Positions 48,710 through 59,628 of a stretch of 64,000 nt of DNA are shown here, in pieces; position 1 is the first letter of the stretch, and every line of letters starts with the position of its first letter. The DNA is from an uncultured Planctomycetota bacterium. GTDB taxonomy: Bacteria > Planctomycetota > PLA2 > JAEUHO01. Below the pieces are notes generated by a model that saw only the letters and a list, made by a program, of their open reading frames with translations, ran no database searches and had not been told where the DNA came from. The translations under genes were made by a program, and so were the position numbers. The stretch covers positions 1-64,000 of the forward strand of contig CAVVXN010000004.1 of assembly GCA_963752285.1 (NCBI GenBank), read 5' to 3'.

Positions 48710-49315
48710 ATGCGGCGCAGATCTTTTCAGTCGCTCCTGGGGCTCGCGCTCGGTGTGGCCGTGATCGCGGCCTGTGGCGGGGCGAGCATCCCGTTCCAGA
48801 ACCGCGTGGACGAGCTCGCCGCCGACGTGGCCGCGCTCACGACACGCGTTCAGACGCTCGAGACGGAGAACGCGACCCTGGCGGGCGAGGTCCAGACGCT
48901 CTCGCAGGACCTGCAGCAGCACGAGGCCGATCCCGACGCGCACCACCCCGCCGACGCGGGCGGCGTCTCCGGGCTCGGGCTCAACTACATCATCGCGCTG
49001 CAGGGCATCTTCCCCTCCCGCGCCCTGGAGGCCCCGGCCGAGGGATCGAGCGACCTCCAGATCCCGCCGCCGCAGACGTCGTTCCTCGACCCGTACCTGG
49101 GCGGGATCGTCCTCTTCGCCGGGAACTTCGCGCCGCAGGGGTGGGCCTTCTGCGACGGGCAGATCCTGTCCATCGCGGCGAACCAGGCGCTCTTCTCGCT
49201 CCTCGGCACCACGTACGGCGGGAACGGGCAGACCACGTTCGCGCTGCCGGACCTCCGCGGCCTCACGCCGGTCCACCCCTCCGCCACGGTGCCGCTCGGT
49301 GGCCACACCCCCTGA
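48710..49315 (+). CDS. Lipoprotein with coiled coil and phage tail-collar domain
   Basis: Lipobox IAA-C; heptad repeat; YLGGIVLFAGNFAPQGWAFCDGQIL..NQALFSLLGTTYGGNGQTTFALPDLRG. Confidence 0.85.
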   Translation: MRRRSFQSLLGLALGVAVIAACGGASIPFQNRVDELAADVAALTTRVQTLETENATLAGEVQTLSQDLQQHEADPDAHHPADAGGVSGLGLNYIIALQGIFPSRALEAPAEGSSDLQIPPPQTSFLDPYLGGIVLFAGNFAPQGWAFCDGQILSIAANQALFSLLGTTYGGNGQTTFALPDLRGLTPVHPSATVPLGGHTP

Positions 49316-50119
49316 TCAGCTCCCGGTCGAACGGTAGTGACGCACGCCGACGCGCCACGCGGCCAGCGACACCGCGAGGAACACCGGTCCGGCGAGCGGC
49401 GACAGCCAGGCGACGACCGCGGGCGTGCCGAGCGGGTCCTCGACGTTCGCGATCGCGAGGTGCGGGAAGTAGTTGAGGCACGCGAGCGGGACCACGAAGG
49501 TGAAGAAGTCCCGGAACCAGCGGTCGTAGATCGGAAGTGGGTACTGGGCGGTCTCGACGCCGCCGTAGGTGAGCGTGTTCATGATCTCCAGGCTCTCGAC
49601 CGTCCAGAACGCGAGCGTCGCCTGGAGCACGAAGAGGCCCGACAAGAGACACGCCCCGCCGAGGACCGCGGCCACCAGGAGCGCTGCCGGCCCGATCGAC
49701 CAGACGACGTCGAGACGCGACGTCGCCCACGCGAGCACCACGAGGCCCTGCGCGAGGCGCCCCAGCCGGAGGAGCTGCAGGTCCTGCGCCACCACCTGGA
49801 ACGCGGTGCCCCGCGGGCGGAGCAGCAGCCGGTCGAACTCGCCCGACTTCACGAGCTGGTCGAAGTGGTCGAATCCGCGCGTGAACGCCTCGGCGAGCGC
49901 CATGGAGACGTTCGCCATCCCGTAGAGGAGCGCGACCTCGGGCAGCGAGAAGCCCTGGATCCGCCCGAACCGATCGAAGAGCGCCCAGAGCCCGAGGAAC
50001 TCCACGCCCGTCACCACCAGGTTGCCCAGCGCGAGCAGGACGGTGGACGCGCGGTACTGGAGCTGGCTCCGGACCGAGAGCGAGACGTAGCCGAGATAGA
50101 GGGAGAGGCTCTCGCGCAC
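49316..50119 (-). CDS. ABC-2 type transporter permease
   Basis: SQLQYRAS, GEFDRLLLRP and QYPLPIY motifs. Confidence 0.9.
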   Translation of the reverse strand: MRESLSLYLGYVSLSVRSQLQYRASTVLLALGNLVVTGVEFLGLWALFDRFGRIQGFSLPEVALLYGMANVSMALAEAFTRGFDHFDQLVKSGEFDRLLLRPRGTAFQVVAQDLQLLRLGRLAQGLVVLAWATSRLDVVWSIGPAALLVAAVLGGACLLSGLFVLQATLAFWTVESLEIMNTLTYGGVETAQYPLPIYDRWFRDFFTFVVPLACLNYFPHLAIANVEDPLGTPAVVAWLSPLAGPVFLAVSLAAWRVGVRHYRSTGS

Positions 50120-50124
50120 CGCGG

Positions 50125-50934
50125 CTATCCCCCCTGGATCACGAGACGCCGGCGGAAGCGCGCGAGGAGCGCGCGGCCTGCACCGACGAGGAGGAGCGTC
50201 CATACGAGCTGGTGGACCACGACCGGAAGCGCGCCCGCGGGCGGGATGTGGCCGAGGTAGAGGCGGAACGGAGCGTCCATGAGCCCCCGGAAGGGCAGCA
50301 CCGCGAGGACCGGCTGCGCCCAGTCGGGGAACAGCGGCAACGGAAGGATCATCCCCGAGAAGATCCACAGGAGCCCGGTCAGGAGCGACACGGCGCCCCG
50401 CCCCGAGACCGTCCGCACGACCACGATCGTGGCGATGGTCGAGAAGGCGGCCGAGAGCAGCACCGCGCAGCAGAGCGCACCCGCGAACGCGACGAGCGAG
50501 GCGGGCGAGGCCGGCGGGCCGAGACCGAAGAAGAGATACGCGAGGGCCAGGAGCGGGATCGCCCGTAGCAAGGTCGGTGCGACGCGCGCGGCGACTTCGC
50601 GCGCGTACCACAGTCCGTACAGGTCCACCGGCTTCAAGAGCTCGTAGGCGACGTTCCCCGTGCGCCCCATCTGGACGAGGTCGGGCTCCGGGCGCCAGAG
50701 GATGAGCATGAGCAGCGCCTGCCCGAGCCAGACGTAGCTCACGACGTCGGGCAGCGCCATCGGCGCGGCCGCGCCGGCCGCCGCGCCCGCCGGCGCCGAC
50801 CGGTAGAACGCCGTGAAGATCATCACGCGGATGAAGCCCCAGAACACCTGCGTCACCAGTCCGGCAAGCGCGGCGACGCGGTACTGGAGCAGCGCCTGGA
50901 AACGCACGCTGAACACCGCGAGGTACGGCGTCAC
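50125..50934 (-). CDS. ABC-2 type transporter permease
   Basis: LQYR, GNVAYELLKPVD and FSGMILPLPLFP motifs. Confidence 0.9.
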   Translation of the reverse strand: MTPYLAVFSVRFQALLQYRVAALAGLVTQVFWGFIRVMIFTAFYRSAPAGAAAGAAAPMALPDVVSYVWLGQALLMLILWRPEPDLVQMGRTGNVAYELLKPVDLYGLWYAREVAARVAPTLLRAIPLLALAYLFFGLGPPASPASLVAFAGALCCAVLLSAAFSTIATIVVVRTVSGRGAVSLLTGLLWIFSGMILPLPLFPDWAQPVLAVLPFRGLMDAPFRLYLGHIPPAGALPVVVHQLVWTLLLVGAGRALLARFRRRLVIQGG

Positions 50935-51917
50935 GGTCGCGCCTCCTCCGCATAGAGCCGGGCCACGATCTCCTCGATGGGGGGGTTCTCGACGAAGAGG
51001 TCCAGGACCTCGTGCCGCGCGGCCACGCGCGCGATGAGCTCGGCCGGCGAGACGCGTCTCGGGTCGAAGGCCAGGGTCAGGCGGTGCCCGGCGCGTTCCA
51101 CGACGCGCACGCCCGGCTCGTCCACCTCGGCCGTGGGGTCGCGGAGGTCCACGAGGAGGCGCCGCTCCGACGAGACCCGCTCCCGCAGCGCCGCGAGGGG
51201 GCCGTCGGAGAAGATCCGTCCCTTCGAGATCACCAGCACGCGGTTCGCGAGGGCCTCGACGTCGTCGAGGTCGTGCGTGGTGAGGATGACCGTCACCGCG
51301 CGCTCGCGGTTCAGCGTGAGCACGAAGTCGCGAACGGCGAGCTTCGCCGCGGCGTCGAGCCCGATCGTCGGTTCGTCGAGGAAGACGATCCCGGGTTCGT
51401 GGAGGAGGGAGGCTGCCAGATCGCACCGCATGCGTTCACCGAGCGAGAGCTGGCGTACCGGCACGGAGAGGAGCCGGCCGATCCCCAGCACTTCGACCAG
51501 CTCGTCTTGCGTGCGGCGGTGGCGTTCTGCGGGGACGCGGTAGAGCCGCCCGAGCATCTCGAACGAGTCCAGGACCGGCAGGTCCCACCAGAGCTGCGTC
51601 CGCTGGCCGAAGACCACGCCGATCTGCGCCACGTGCGCCCGCCGCTGGCGCCACGGGACGCGGCCGAGCACCTCCACACGTCCCCTGTCGGGGAGGAGGA
51701 TGCCCCCGAGGATCTTGATCGTGGTGGACTTGCCCGCGCCGTTCGGGCCGATGTACCCCACGAGCTCGCCCGTCTCGATCGAGAAGGAGACGCCGTCGAG
51801 CGCGTGGACCTCGCGGTTCCGGCGCCGGACCAGGCCGGCGATCGCGCCGGCGATCCCGGGCGTACGCTCCGCGACCCGGAAGGTCTTGACCAGGTCCTCC
51901 ACGACGATCTGCGGCAC
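50931..51917 (-). CDS. ABC transporter ATP-binding protein
   Basis: GPNGAGKST, LSLGERM, FLDEPTIGLD and TTHD motifs. Confidence 0.96.
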   Translation of the reverse strand: MPQIVVEDLVKTFRVAERTPGIAGAIAGLVRRRNREVHALDGVSFSIETGELVGYIGPNGAGKSTTIKILGGILLPDRGRVEVLGRVPWRQRRAHVAQIGVVFGQRTQLWWDLPVLDSFEMLGRLYRVPAERHRRTQDELVEVLGIGRLLSVPVRQLSLGERMRCDLAASLLHEPGIVFLDEPTIGLDAAAKLAVRDFVLTLNRERAVTVILTTHDLDDVEALANRVLVISKGRIFSDGPLAALRERVSSERRLLVDLRDPTAEVDEPGVRVVERAGHRLTLAFDPRRVSPAELIARVAARHEVLDLFVENPPIEEIVARLYAEEARP

Positions 51918-51971
51918 GGTCGGCTCCCCCCGGGGGGCGCGGATTCTACGACCGCGGCCGATCGCGAGGGG

Positions 51972-52562
51972 CTACTCCCAGACCTCCGTCGCGTCCACGA
52001 AGCGCAGCCACGCGCTCTTGAGCAGTCGCCGCGCGGTGCGTCGCTCGAGACCCGCGACCGTGCTCGCCGTCGCGTGGACGAGCGCGACGAAGCCCGGTCG
52101 TGGCGCCTCGATGCGGATCCCGGGTCGTGTCGCGCGCGCCGCGCGGAGGATGCGCCGAACCATCCCCGGGAGCTTCCACTCGGGTGCGAGCAGTGCACGG
52201 TACTCCTGCGGCGTCACGAGCGCGGCGCACCAGTCCGTCCCGACTTCGCCCGGGACCTGGATCTCCGAGAGGTCCGACGCCGTGCCCCGCCAACCGGTCA
52301 CGACGCCCCCGTCGGCGCAGGCGGGACACTCCCACTGCACCTGCTCGTTCGTGGCCGAGAGGATCTCCACGTAGCCCGGGCACGGGCGGTTCTTCGGGCG
52401 GCGGCGGCAGGCGAGCGCGGTGGTGCGCGGCTCGAGCGCCCTCCAGGACGCGCTCGCGCACTCCGCGATCGACGTGAACGTCTCCCAGAGGATCTCGGCG
52501 CTCCGCGGCAGCGACGCGACGTGCCCGCGCGGATCGTGGCTGAGGTCGATGACGTAGATCAC
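51972..52562 (-). CDS. Hypothetical Cys-containing (putative Zn-binding) protein
   Basis: CRRRP...PCPG...WECPAC..G.V.GW.GT motif; start uncertain (52562 or 52610). Confidence 0.65.
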   Translation of the reverse strand: MIYVIDLSHDPRGHVASLPRSAEILWETFTSIAECASASWRALEPRTTALACRRRPKNRPCPGYVEILSATNEQVQWECPACADGGVVTGWRGTASDLSEIQVPGEVGTDWCAALVTPQEYRALLAPEWKLPGMVRRILRAARATRPGIRIEAPRPGFVALVHATASTVAGLERRTARRLLKSAWLRFVDATEVWE

Positions 52563-52707
52563 GCGCGCCAGGATAGCCAGGTCCGTCGCGCCCACCGAGG
52601 CCGGCCGCATGCCCGCCCGGTCCGTTCGGCCCGCCCCGCGGTCCGCGACGCCCCGCGTGCCGCCAACGCGTCCTCGCCCGTCGCCTCTGCGTGGTTCGCG
52701 GCCCCCG

Positions 52708-53283
52708 CTACCCCTGCGGGGCGGGCCGCGCGCCACGGAGCCGACGGACCTCGACCGCTGGCCGGCCCCGTTCGACCCTCAGGATCGCCACGCTGCCGAG
52801 GTCGTCCTCGCCCTCGGCGTCGGAGGGGAGCGTCGGGCTCCCGGGGTTGAACACCACGACCCCGTCGATGCTCGTCCGCATCGCGCGGTGGGTGCCGCCG
52901 AAGGCCATGGCGTGGACGGGTCCGCCGAACCGACTCGCGAGGACGTCCTCGAACGCGTTCCCGAGCAGGTCGAGCCCCGAGTCCGTGACCGCGATCTTCG
53001 TCCCTGGCTTGGTCGCGTCGAACGTGAGCCCGATCCGAACCGGGCCCGCCTCGAGCACCATGGGCTCGCCCCGCTTCGGCGTGAGCACCGGGGCGATCTC
53101 GCGGAGCCGGTCGAGCACGCCCTTCTGTCCCACGTCGCCGAGGTGCACGAGGAGCCCGCACCCGCGGAAGGCCTCGCGCGCCGCGTCGGGCAGGTCGCTT
53201 CCGTCGGGACGCCGGCAGTGCGTGTCGGCCAGGAAGCCGATCCGCCGCGCGTCGGTCGTCTCGATCGATACGGACTTCGCCAT
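52708..53283 (-). CDS. YfcE-like metallophosphoesterase (degenerate)
   Basis: ADTH, HLGD, FGGTH and FNPGS motifs; the GNxD motif is absent. Confidence 0.75.
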   Translation of the reverse strand: MAKSVSIETTDARRIGFLADTHCRRPDGSDLPDAAREAFRGCGLLVHLGDVGQKGVLDRLREIAPVLTPKRGEPMVLEAGPVRIGLTFDATKPGTKIAVTDSGLDLLGNAFEDVLASRFGGPVHAMAFGGTHRAMRTSIDGVVVFNPGSPTLPSDAEGEDDLGSVAILRVERGRPAVEVRRLRGARPAPQG

Positions 53284-53367
53284 GGAGGGTGCGTGTAGCA
53301 CGCGCGTCCTCGGCAGACAACGCCCCGACGTCGATCCGGCAGGGCCTCCGCGCACCCGCCCGCGGGG

Positions 53368-53999
53368 CGGGCCCCAGGCGCACGCCGGACACCCTGCGGT
53401 CCGAACGCGAGGCTCCCGTCCCTCGGTGCGTGCACTTGTCGCGCCACGTGCTCGCGTCCCGACGCACGATTCGCAAAGAGGCCGGGCCCGGCCCCCCTAC
53501 GGCATGGGTGTGCTGTCGCACACCCGAGCCTACCCCCCAACCCGGTCGCTGGGGCGCCTCTTCATGAGGTCGCCTGCTGAGAACGGGAGGGCAACGTGAA
53601 AATGGTCGGGGCGACTGGATTCGAACCAACGGCCCACCCGCCGCTTCGCGTCGGGCGTGCCGTTGGGAACCAGCGACGCCGCCACTTCAGGGGGGCCTTG
53701 ACGGCCCGACCTACGCGCGACTCGCGCGGTCCGGCGCACGCCTGGAACCCGATGCCTGCGTTGCTCGTCGTCCACGACCCCTTCGGGGTCGCCTCCTCCT
53801 CGCGCCTTGGCCTCGGGCCCCAGGCGCACGCCGGACACCCTGCGGTCCGAACGCGAGGCTCCCGTCCCTCGGTGCGTGCGCGTGTCGCGTCGCGTGCTCG
53901 CGTCCCGACGCACGATTCGCACGCAGGCCGGGCCCGGCCCCCCTACGGCATGGGTGTGCTGTCGCACACCCGAGCCTACCCCCCAACCCGGTCGCTGGG
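53368..53999 (-). repeat. tRNA-linked ~186-bp direct repeat, two copies (53368-53553, 53814-53999)
   Basis: Near-identical copies offset by 446 bp; each contains the hairpin GGGTGTGC-N4-GCACACCC. Confidence 0.93.
53603..53628 (-). repeat. Duplicated 26-bp 3' end of tRNA-Pro (att-like)
   Basis: TGGTCGGGGCGACTGGATTCGAACCA is identical to 54047-54072. Confidence 0.92.
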
Positions 54000-54046
54000 T
54001 GCTTCTCCGTGCGGTCGCGTCGTGCCAACGGGCGGGAGACGAGAGT

Positions 54047-54124
54047 TGGTCGGGGCGACTGGATTCGAACCAGCGACCTCCTGAACCCCATTCAGGCGCG
54101 CTACCAAATCTGCGCCACGCCCCG
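54047..54124 (-). tRNA. tRNA-Pro (GGG)
   Basis: CGGGGCG acceptor stem, anticodon arm CCTGA-ATGGGGT-TCAGG, GGTTCGAATCC T-arm, encoded CCA. Confidence 0.97.
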
Positions 54125-54297
54125 ACGCAGGGGGGAGAGCATACGCGGGCGGGCCAGGGGGAGAGCCGTTTGGATCGACCGGGGGGTGGACGGCGGCGCG
54201 TGCGCGTTCGCGCCCGGGCTTGCCTCCGGGGCGGGGCCCCACGTACCCTCGTCCGCGCGCCAGAGACCAGCGGTGCGGCAGGCCTGGGAGGCGACGA

Positions 54298-55668
<1,371 letters not shown>

Positions 55669-55867
55669 GCGACCGCCACGCCGCGCGCGTCCGCGTATCC
55701 CTCGCGACACGTCGTTCCTGATCGCGCCCGGCGCTACCCGTTCGCCACGCGCGCGGCGCCTCGGACGCGGTGAGCCGCCGGCGATCGACGAAGCGTGTCC
55801 CTCGCACGGGCCGATTCTGCGCCGCCTCGAGAACGCGCGTCTCCCGGAGGGAACGCCGCGTCACCTT

Positions 55868-55884
55868 CGGGCACGTCCGCTGCG
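55868..55884 (+). promoter_or_regulatory. Possible sigma-54 (-24/-12) promoter
   Basis: CGGGCACGTCCGCTGCG: GG(55870-71)-N10-GC(55882-83), upstream of the HEAT gene and next to an enhancer-binding protein gene. Confidence 0.35.
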
Positions 55885-55943
55885 AGAGCAAGCGTCGAAC
55901 GCCGCGGATCGGCCACGCCGCGCGCGAAGAAGGAGATCCTGCC

Positions 55944-58043
55944 ATGCGCGTCCCGTTCCTCTCGTCGTCGATCGCGTGCGTCCTCGCGTCGCTCTTCCTC
56001 TCGCTCGGCGCCGCCGAGGCGTTCGCGCACGGCGGTCAGTTCCGCGGACCCGGCGACGGGGTCCCACCGAACCTCAGGGCGCCCACGGACCCGACGCCGC
56101 CTCCGCCGCCGACCCCGAGCGGCGGGCCGACGCCGACAAGCGGTCCCTCGCCCACGCCCGTCACGCCGCCGACGGGGCCGACCGCTCCGACCACCACGCC
56201 CCCCGTCGGGACGCCGAGCCTGCCCTCGACTCCGGGGCGACGCACGACCCCCGTCACGCCCGACGACTGGCGCTTCTGGTACCACCAGAACAAGGATCAG
56301 CTCGAGAACCTGAAGCGCGCCATCTACGGGCTCCACGCGAGCGGCGGGGGGATCTTCCAGCACGGCGGAGAGGCCCCCACGAACCAGGATGCCGCGACGC
56401 GCCTCACGCAGCGGAAGGTGGTCGAGATGATCGTCCCGACGCTGCTCTGGGCGATGGATCCCACGCACGGCCTCGACGACGACACGCGCTCCGGCGCCTA
56501 CCTCGCGCTCGCGAAGGTGACGCGGGACGTCGCGCACGTGGACCTGATCGCGGCGGCGATCGATCGGGAGAAGAAGCAGCCCGTGCTGGTGAGCGGCTCC
56601 GCGGCGCTGGCCCTGGGGATGCTCCGCCGCGAGCGCCCCGAGGACCAGCTCCCCGCGAAGGACGTCGATCGCGCACGCGAGATCCTGTTCCAAAGCTTCG
56701 AGGACGACGAGCAGCCGACCCGCGTGCGGGCCTTCGCAGCCGCGGCGATCGGCCTGCTCGGCGACCAGCCGACGGGATCGGGCGCCTACGCGGGCGACCG
56801 TGCGGCGGCGGCGCACGCGACCACGAAACACCTCTTCGACCTCCTCGATCGCCCGTGGCCCGACGCCGACCTGTCGATCTCGCTGGCTCTCGCCGTCGGC
56901 CTCCAGCCGCCCGCCTCCCTGGACGCTTCCGAGCTCGACGTCCTCACGCGGATCGCGGTGCTCGGGCGGCTGTCGAGCCGCCGCCTCGGCGAGCTCGAGC
57001 GTGCGTACGCCGCCCTGGCCCTCGGTCGGATCGGCACGTCCGCCCAGATCCCCGTGCTCTCGAACCTGGTGGTCGCGCGCCGCGGCGTGAGCGACTCCGT
57101 GCGGCGGAGTGCGACGATCGGCCTCGGGCTCCTCGCGCGGCACACGGACGGGTCGGGGCGCGTCGAGCTCGCGAGGACCCTCGTCCACGCGATCGATCGG
57201 ACCCGCGACCCGACCACCCGCGACTTCGCGCTGATCAGCCTGGCGCACGTGCTCGTCGCCGAGGTCGGTGCGGGATCGACCGACGTTCTCGAGGGCACGA
57301 AGGCCACGGAGACCCTGCTCGCGCGCTCCGACCGGCGCGCGTCCATCGAACAGCCCTTCGCGTCGCTCGCGTTGGGCCTGGTCGCCGGGGCGGTGCCGGA
57401 CGAGCTCGAGGTAGACGCCTGGCAGGCCCTCCGTGAGCGCACGGTCCAGTCGCTCCGACTCGGTCTCGCCGACCGGAGCCGCGGTCCCCGGGCCCGCGCA
57501 GCCTGCGCCACCGCGCTCGGCATCGCGCGGGACCGGGGCAGCGTGAAGACGCTCGTCGAGGTGCTCGGTGGACGCGACGACGACCCCGAGCTCCGCGCGT
57601 ACGCGGGGCTCGCGATCGGGCTGATCGGCGTTCCGGCCAACGAGGCCGTACGGGCGCTCGGCGAGGCCGTACGCGAGCGGTCGTCCGAGGTGCTGCGCCG
57701 TGAGTGCGCGGTCGGGCTCGGGCTGCTCGGGAACCCCGCGATCCCCGGCACGAATCAAAACGCGCTCGACCTGCTCCTCCACGAGCTCGAGAACGCGCGG
57801 ACCGAGGCGCACAAGGCCGAGGTCGTGACCGCGATCGCGCGCATCGGCGACCACCGCGCCGTGGACCGCCTCGTGGCGCTCCTTCGAGACCCGCACGAGC
57901 AGGACGCGACGCGTGCGATGGCCTGCGTGGGGCTGGGGCAGATCGGGGACCTCGAGTGGATCCCGTCGCTGGCCCGCCTCACCAAGGACCACAACTACCG
58001 CGCGTCCACCGACTTCGTACGGGAGCTGATGAGCGTCCTCTGA
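55944..58043 (+). CDS. Secreted HEAT/PBS-lyase repeat protein with Pro/Thr-rich N-terminal linker
   Basis: AAGGAG RBS; signal peptide ending AFA-HGGQFRGP; many A.ALG repeats. Confidence 0.88.
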   Translation: MRVPFLSSSIACVLASLFLSLGAAEAFAHGGQFRGPGDGVPPNLRAPTDPTPPPPPTPSGGPTPTSGPSPTPVTPPTGPTAPTTTPPVGTPSLPSTPGRRTTPVTPDDWRFWYHQNKDQLENLKRAIYGLHASGGGIFQHGGEAPTNQDAATRLTQRKVVEMIVPTLLWAMDPTHGLDDDTRSGAYLALAKVTRDVAHVDLIAAAIDREKKQPVLVSGSAALALGMLRRERPEDQLPAKDVDRAREILFQSFEDDEQPTRVRAFAAAAIGLLGDQPTGSGAYAGDRAAAAHATTKHLFDLLDRPWPDADLSISLALAVGLQPPASLDASELDVLTRIAVLGRLSSRRLGELERAYAALALGRIGTSAQIPVLSNLVVARRGVSDSVRRSATIGLGLLARHTDGSGRVELARTLVHAIDRTRDPTTRDFALISLAHVLVAEVGAGSTDVLEGTKATETLLARSDRRASIEQPFASLALGLVAGAVPDELEVDAWQALRERTVQSLRLGLADRSRGPRARAACATALGIARDRGSVKTLVEVLGGRDDDPELRAYAGLAIGLIGVPANEAVRALGEAVRERSSEVLRRECAVGLGLLGNPAIPGTNQNALDLLLHELENARTEAHKAEVVTAIARIGDHRAVDRLVALLRDPHEQDATRAMACVGLGQIGDLEWIPSLARLTKDHNYRASTDFVRELMSVL

Positions 58044-58084
58044 CGGCGCCCCGACCGCCGTCACCGACCCCGTTCGTCCGGTCT

Positions 58085-59550
58085 CAAGGGAGAATGCGTG
58101 GAAACCTCGTAGACGGGGGACGGGAACCGGAGTTCCCGAACTCCTCCAGACCGTTCCCACCGCCGAAGTGCCGGTGACCACACGACTTGCGGCGACTCTC
58201 CACCGACTCTCCACCCTGAGGGCGGGAATGCGGGTTCCCGACCCCCGGTCGTACGCATTGTGGAGCCGCGGGCCGAAGGCCCCGTCCGGACGCCGCAAGT
58301 CCTTGCCGCCCAACGCCCGCATCCCCGCCCGTGGGTTCTCGTCGGCGTGGAGACTGACTGGCCCGGCGCTTGCCTTCCCTCTCTCGCCCCCAATGAGGGG
58401 CAGACGCTCTGTGAAAGACAAGCACTGACGAACGGACGACGTGTTCAGTCGAGCACCGAGGGACGGTGGCGCCGGGTCGCGAGCCTAGGAACCGCGACTG
58501 CATCACCGCCGAGGGGGCAAAGAGCGCAGTCGGGATCGCCTGTCAAGCGATCGCCTGCGCGAGGCGAAGCCATGAGCCCGCCCCCCGGCGTGATGAACGG
58601 AGCGCCACGACGGTCGAAAGGTGCGAAATCCCAGGAGAGCCGGCAGCCCGGAAACGGGCCAGGCCGACCCATCCGATCCGCAAAGCCCTGAGGTCCAAGC
58701 AGGTAGGGACGTCACCCTGCCCGAGGGCGAGAGGGCCGGCCCCGCGACTACAAGCGGGCGCCCGGACGGATGGGGGGAACGCTCTGGAGGGACGAAGCCC
58801 AGGAAGGCATCGTCGGTCGGGCGGCTTCGGCCGTCCGACGACAGCACGGACTCGCCGCGGGAAGGAAGCCTTGAAGGCGACCGCGCGTTCCTCGGTCTCC
58901 CCCGGGAGACCTGGAGCCGCGGGAACGTCAGGAGGGCAGGGGCCCCGAGAGGGGTACCGACCGTGGGCGAGGGGAAAGCCTTGGAGGGCGAAGCCCGAGG
59001 ACGCTCCGGCGCTTCGGCGCCGGGAGGATCGGTGGTTTCAGGCCGCGAGGGGGGTAGCCAAACCCCGGACGCGGCACGCGGCGGCGGGGGGACCCGCCGT
59101 CATCCCCAGCGGATCCGCCGGTCCGGCATGTGTCGTAGGGCAAGAGAAGCTCAGGAGAGGCAGCACTGCGTGACAGGTTCCGCGCCGGCTTCGGCCGGCG
59201 GGCGGGGACGACGCGGTGCGGGGCTCGGAGGGCACGTCTCTGAAGGGGCGCGAAAGCGCAAGGAGGGCCTCCGGCGACCTCGGTCACCGGATGGCCGCGA
59301 GGATGAACTCCCCGATGGGCGTCGAAACGCCGTACGGGGTGGGCGGAACCCATGACCGCCCGTGGCCTCGCGGTCCGCGTCCTCGGAGCGCCACGAAACC
59401 CCACGAGAGGCAGCCGAGGCAACGTGTTCACGAGGCGCTCGGCAACCTTCCCAGCCCTCACTCCTCTGGAGGGCCCGATCGACGCTCGAATGCGAACTCC
59501 CTCGTCAGGCTTTGTTGAGCCCGGGGTGTGGGCAACCACGCCCCGGGCTC
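58085..59550 (+). ncRNA. Candidate large structured non-coding RNA, family unassigned
   Basis: About 1.5 kb between convergent genes with no credible ORF; recurring A-rich motifs; several UUCG/GNRA-capped hairpins on the + strand; terminator at the end. Confidence 0.65.
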
Positions 59551-59560
59551 TCTCCATTTC
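59517..59560 (+). terminator. Strong hairpin / intrinsic terminator
   Basis: GAGCCCGGGGTGTGG-GCAA-CCACGCCCCGGGCTC, a 15-bp stem with one G-U pair, followed by a pyrimidine-rich tail. Confidence 0.75.
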
Positions 59561-59628
59561 CAGGGCGCGGACCGCCGGTGTGGACCGCGCGTCGCACGTC
59601 TCTGGGGCCGCCCACGGGCCGGCCCCGG

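Noticed and set aside
48710..49315. Prophage inferred from the tail-collar domain
   Set aside because: An isolated lipoprotein among housekeeping genes; no other phage genes.
53603..54124. Prophage or genomic island between tRNA-Pro and its 3' duplicate
   Set aside because: Only about 420 bp lie between them, with no integrase; reported as a repeat/mini-element instead.
58061..59518. ORFs of 65-244 aa in the HEAT-gpsA gap
   Set aside because: No recognisable domains, RBS or host-like codon pattern; they overlap in all frames. An RNA-structure explanation fits better.
58085..59550. Group II intron, RNase P RNA, tmRNA or rRNA identity for the long non-coding region
   Set aside because: I could not find a domain V hairpin, the RNase P GAGGAAAGUCC motif, tmRNA tRNA-like ends or rRNA signatures by eye. 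A cmscan is still needed.
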